Shown here: in pieces, positions 38,632 through 42,394 of the stretch
Layout: each line of letters starts with the position of its first letter
Position numbering within the stretch: the stretch's first letter is position 1
NCBI RefSeq assembly: GCF_006345805.1
Contig: NW_021835262.1
Location: forward strand, 1 to 42,394
Length of the DNA stretch: 42,394 nucleotides
From: Octopus sinensis
Taxonomy: Eukaryota
Reading direction: 5' to 3'
Position numbers and translations under genes: made by a program
Notes under the pieces: model-generated
What the model was told of the DNA's origin: nothing
The model's database searches: none
The model's input: only the letters and a program-made list of their open reading frames with translations

Positions 38632-39044
38632 GATTCTGAATACATCATAATAACTACCAACCTTACGTAGCGAAGACAAACAGACAACTGCTCACTCCGG
38701 CCAAGCACATGAATGTTTATAAATCATATATCCGGTAAATGGCGGGCTTTTTTACGAACTGCATGTCGGGTAATGAAAAGTTTTCGGAATAAGTTTAACA
38801 ATTAAGGATAATCTCTTAATAGGGATCTTAACAAGAAATTATCGGGTAGCTAGCGTGAAAACCTCGTAAAGAGAAATTCGAAAATAATTTTTTTCTTTTA
38901 ACAAATAATTATATCTATATTGTATAGAGGGCATTATTACACATAAATGCCTCACACTAGGAGGGACAAAGTCATACTACCAAAATTATACTAATCATAC
39001 CCAATGCAGTTTTTTCAAAGCAAGACATTTAAAAAACTGAATTT

Positions 39045-39101
39045 AGTTCTGTATCACCGTGATTTCACATTCAACTTTACGTCTATTGATCGTCCAGAAC
39101 T
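39045..39101 (-). ncRNA. Hammerhead copy, unit 5 (core damaged)
   Basis: The CT of CTGACGA is missing. Confidence 0.45.
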
Positions 39102-39522
39102 GATTCTGAATACATCATAAATAAACTACCAACCTTACGTAGCGAAGACAAACAGACAACTGCTCACTCCGGCCAAGCACATGGAATGTTTATAAATCAT
39201 ATATCCGGTAAATGGCGGGCTTTTTTACGAACTGCATGTCGGGTAAGAAAAGTATTTCGGAATAAGTTTAACATTAAGGATAATCTCTTAATAAGGGATC
39301 TTAACAAGAAATTATCGGGTAGCTAGCGTGAAAACCTCGTAAAAGAAAAGAATTCGAAAATAATTTTTTTCTTTTGAACAAATTAATTATATCTATAGTG
39401 TATAGAGGCATTATTACACATAAATGCCTCACACTAGGAGGGACAAAGTCATTACTACCAAAATTATACTAATCATACCCAAATGCAGTTTTTTCAAAGA
39501 AGACATTTAAAAAACTGAATTT

Positions 39523-39578
39523 AGTTCTGATCACCGGGTTTCACATTCAACTTACGTCTAATGATCGTCAGCAGAACT
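39523..39578 (-). ncRNA. Hammerhead copy, unit 6 (helix III and cleavage site altered)
   Basis: CTGACGA intact; indels and substitutions near the cleavage site. Confidence 0.5.
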
Positions 39579-39839
39579 GATTCTGAATACATCATAAATA
39601 AACTACCAACCTTACGTAGCGAAGACAAACAGACAACTGCTCACTCCGGCCAAGCAATGGAATGTTTATAAATCATATATCCGTAAATGGCGGGCTTTTT
39701 TACGAACTGCATGTCGGGTATGAAAAGTATTTCGGAATAAGTTTAACAATAAGATAATCTCTTAATAAGGGATCTTAACAAGAAATTATCGGGTAGCTAG
39801 CGTGAACCTCGTAAAAGAAAAGAATTCGAAAATAATTTA

Positions 39840-40178
39840 CGACATGCAGTTCGTAAAAAAAGCCCGCCATTTACCGGATATATATGATTTATAAACATTC
39901 CATGTGCTTGGCCGGAGTGAGCATTGTCTGTTTTTGTCTTCGCTACGTAAGGTTGGTAGTTTTATTTATGATGTTTCAGAATCAGTTCTGCTGACGATCA
40001 TTAGACGTAAAGTTGAATGTGAAATCACGGTGATACAGAACTAAATTCATTTTTTTAAATTCTTGCTTTGAAAAAACTGCATTTGGGTATGATTAGTATA
40101 ATTTTGGTAGTAATGACTTTGTCCCTCCTATGTGAGGCATTTATGTGTAATAATGCCCTCTATACAATAGATATATAA
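39840..40178 (+). repeat. Inverted partial copy (~340 bp) of the array unit
   Basis: CGACATGCAGTTCGTAAAAAAAGCCCGCC.. is the reverse complement of the unit; ends in (TA)n. Confidence 0.95.
39984..40042 (+). ncRNA. Type I hammerhead ribozyme in the inverted copy (motif intact)
   Basis: CTGACGA at 39991-39997, GAAA at 40021-40024; predicted cleavage after A40035. Confidence 0.82.
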
Positions 40179-40189
40179 TATATATATAT

Positions 40190-40226
<37 letters not shown>

Positions 40227-40251
40227 TTGTGGGTGTGTGTGTGTGGTGTTA

Positions 40252-41085
40252 TTAGCTGACGCACCCGGTAATTCCCGGGAAAGCCGGGCTTATCCCTTGG
40301 TTCTGTTGTTTCGGTAATCCAATAACAACATTACAAAGCATGTAGCCCTTAAAATGGTATTTTCTTTTGCAGAGAATACCGAATACACAGGATCTTGCTT
40401 TTATGAATACCCAAATTTTGAAGTCATTTATGTAATAACATGAATTTAGTTACTCGATAGTAAAAATTCAAATAAAGTAGTCCCGAAAAGGGCTTTAATG
40501 CGTTCCCAGAGTATATAGAACTTAGGAGGAAATACCAATACGGTATGTATACTAAAATCGTGAAGCATATTATTTAATAACAGGTTAATCAGATATGAGA
40601 TAATAACAATTCAAAGTAAATAAGTCTAAAAAGAGCTTTTGTGCATTCCCAGAGAATATTATCCTCATCGACGCTAGTGTTGGTATATTCGTGAATAAGT
40701 CACTAACCGAAATAAGTGGATCTATTGTTTAGGAAAATACTATTTACTTGTTTAAGCGTTGTATTGGATAAATTGCGAAAATAACTCAAATAGTTCAAAT
40801 ATTAAGAAATGAGCATACTCAATTTGATTTATATCAAATGATTTAGGAAAATGAATGGGTTATTTCCCTTGGCTGTTAAAATGAAATATATTAGATATAA
40901 ATAAGGATCCTTTCCAGGGGCCCTATTATCGATTTTTCAACAATCTGAGTGTGCCATGAGGTTTCCAGACATGAGTTCTATTCACGTGTCAAGTTACATC
41001 AACATCGATAAAACGATGTAGGAGGAGTTAGCTAACAACTTCACCAGCAAACCCACTGATAGAGTTTCCCACATGTAGCAGAAGA
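40252..41085 (-). mobile_element. Non-autonomous Helitron-like element
   Basis: Minus strand: 5' A|TC, 3' hairpin CCCGG gaatta CCGGG, then CTAA|T. Confidence 0.5.
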
Positions 41086-41109
41086 TATATTTGTATTATT
41101 TTTTAAAAT

Positions 41110-41328
41110 TCTTTTACTTCTTTCAATCATTTGACTGCGACCATGCTGAAGCACCGCCTTGAAAGGTTTAGTCAGACACATCAACCGCCTGTACATATTC
41201 TTAGTAAACCTTATTCTATCGGAGTCATTTGCCGAACCGCTAGCTTATGGGGTCACAGACACGCCTATAGTGATTGTCAAGCGGCAGTGGCGGCATAAAC
41301 ACAGAGCAAACACACACACACACACACA

Positions 41329-41372
<44 letters not shown>
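41110..41372 (-). mobile_element. Truncated SINE (3' half)
   Basis: Homologous to the tail of the 3960-4388 family. Confidence 0.65.
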
Positions 41373-41398
<26 letters not shown>

Positions 41399-41439
41399 CG
41401 TATATGAAAAAATGAACGACTAGTTAACAAATATCCTTT

Positions 41440-41524
41440 ATTCTCGACATATGTTTCGAAGGCTGCATATTCCTAATTCCGAAGGAATAAGGAGTACATT
41501 ATGCAGATTTCTCATCAGGAAAAT
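41440..41524 (-). ncRNA. Complete type I hammerhead ribozyme with extended helix II
   Basis: ATTTTC-CTGATGA-GAA..CTGCATA..TCCT.ATTCC ttc GGAAT.AGGA.TATGCAG..TTC-GAAA-CATATG-TC-GAGAAT; GUC cleavage site. Confidence 0.88.
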
Positions 41525-41564
41525 CAAGGAACTTATGTCGACATCAAAATGCACAAAAAACTTT

Positions 41565-41952
41565 TAGCTGACCGCTCTCAAAATTAGAAACACCACTTAC
41601 CAATGCAAAATCTCTTCTGGAACCGATGTCTACTTCTACATTGGCGCAACCTCTTCTAAATTAGCCCAAAGGATCTCCAACCATTATTCCACTTTCAGAG
41701 ATAAGAGAAAGCAACACAACACGGGGCTAAGCAATTATTCTGGCGTCTGAAGAACAAAAACACTACGTGTCAACAAGCTCGATGGTCCATTTTGTCGGTG
41801 TCCTTCCCGTTTGATAAAGGCAGAAAATTTTGTGGCATCTGTAATTCCGAACTTTTTTCATATTTTGTTTCGCCAAAGTCCCTTTAATAAATACAATCGT
41901 CGAAAGATCCTACAGGTGTTTACACTGGAAAAGACACACCTTTCACTCATAT
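41565..41952 (+). pseudogene. GIY-YIG endonuclease C-terminus of a Penelope-like element (non-Neptune type), frameshifted
   Basis: YFYIGATSSKLAQRISNHYSTFRDKRKQHNTGLS..WRLK..RWSILS..GRKFCGICNSE..LIN...RCLHW. Confidence 0.8.
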
Positions 41953-42394
41953 AATAGTGACTAATATAGATAACCCCTCGATTTCCCAAAAATTTTTGCT
42001 ATATTTCACCCCATTAGTCAAAAAGATTTACTTATATTCCCAATTACTACTCCATTCTGGCGGTGTGCCTCTCACCTCGCCCCGATTCTTTCTCCCTTTC
42101 GCTATCTACTTTCCTTTCTCTACAGTAAACATAATCGAACACACAGACACAGACCTCTCACCTCACAGCTATCAGTTTTTCTGACATCTACCCATCCACA
42201 AACACCAATCACGCATTCAGACACACACATACACACATTAAGACAGTTATATACAGTCACACACACAGGCACTCATTCATAAAGAAATCATTTAAACCCA
42301 CCATTCCTTTGACCTGCACCTCTCTACTTACTATTCTTATGCTCCCTCCTCCTACTTCGTTTGAACCCTTGACCTTTAGAACCTTCTAGATTCT

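Larger units (their letters stand above)
36881..39838 (-). repeat. ~478-bp tandem array (six units plus ~100 bp), each full unit with a hammerhead ribozyme fold; candidate retrozyme
   Basis: TAAGTTTAACA unit starts at 36881, 37359, 37834, 38314, 38790, 39263 and 39738. Confidence 0.95.

Noticed and set aside
37946-38670. ORFs within the 478-bp array
   Set aside because: TTG starts and frames not conserved between units; they depend on indels
37359-39738. Unit-to-unit differences as biological diversification
   Set aside because: Mostly single-base deletions typical of unpolished long-read consensus; cannot be trusted as real variation

Overview
AT-rich, microsatellite-dense animal non-coding DNA. 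The SINE families and (CA)n/(TA)n/(CATA)n load look cephalopod (Octopus-like); this is inferred from repeat style. I find no convincing host exon, and nearly all ORFs in the track are simple-repeat artefacts. The window is mostly decayed mobile elements: Penelope-like elements (PLE; RT and GIY-YIG), Tx1-, RTE- and RLE-type LINE 3' ends, mariner, pogo, Tc1 and hAT remnants, MITEs, Helitron/HINE-like elements and many tRNA-derived SINEs. The main finding is a non-coding ~478-bp tandem array (36881-39838; six units plus a partial one) followed by an inverted partial copy (39840-40178), all between (TA)n tracts. Each full unit carries a type I hammerhead ribozyme fold. This is a candidate retrozyme (self-cleaving, possibly circRNA-producing) non-autonomous retroelement. 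A second, different, complete hammerhead with a long helix II (41440-41524, minus strand) lies next to a PLE GIY-YIG remnant, and degenerate hammerhead-like motifs end other PLE remnants.
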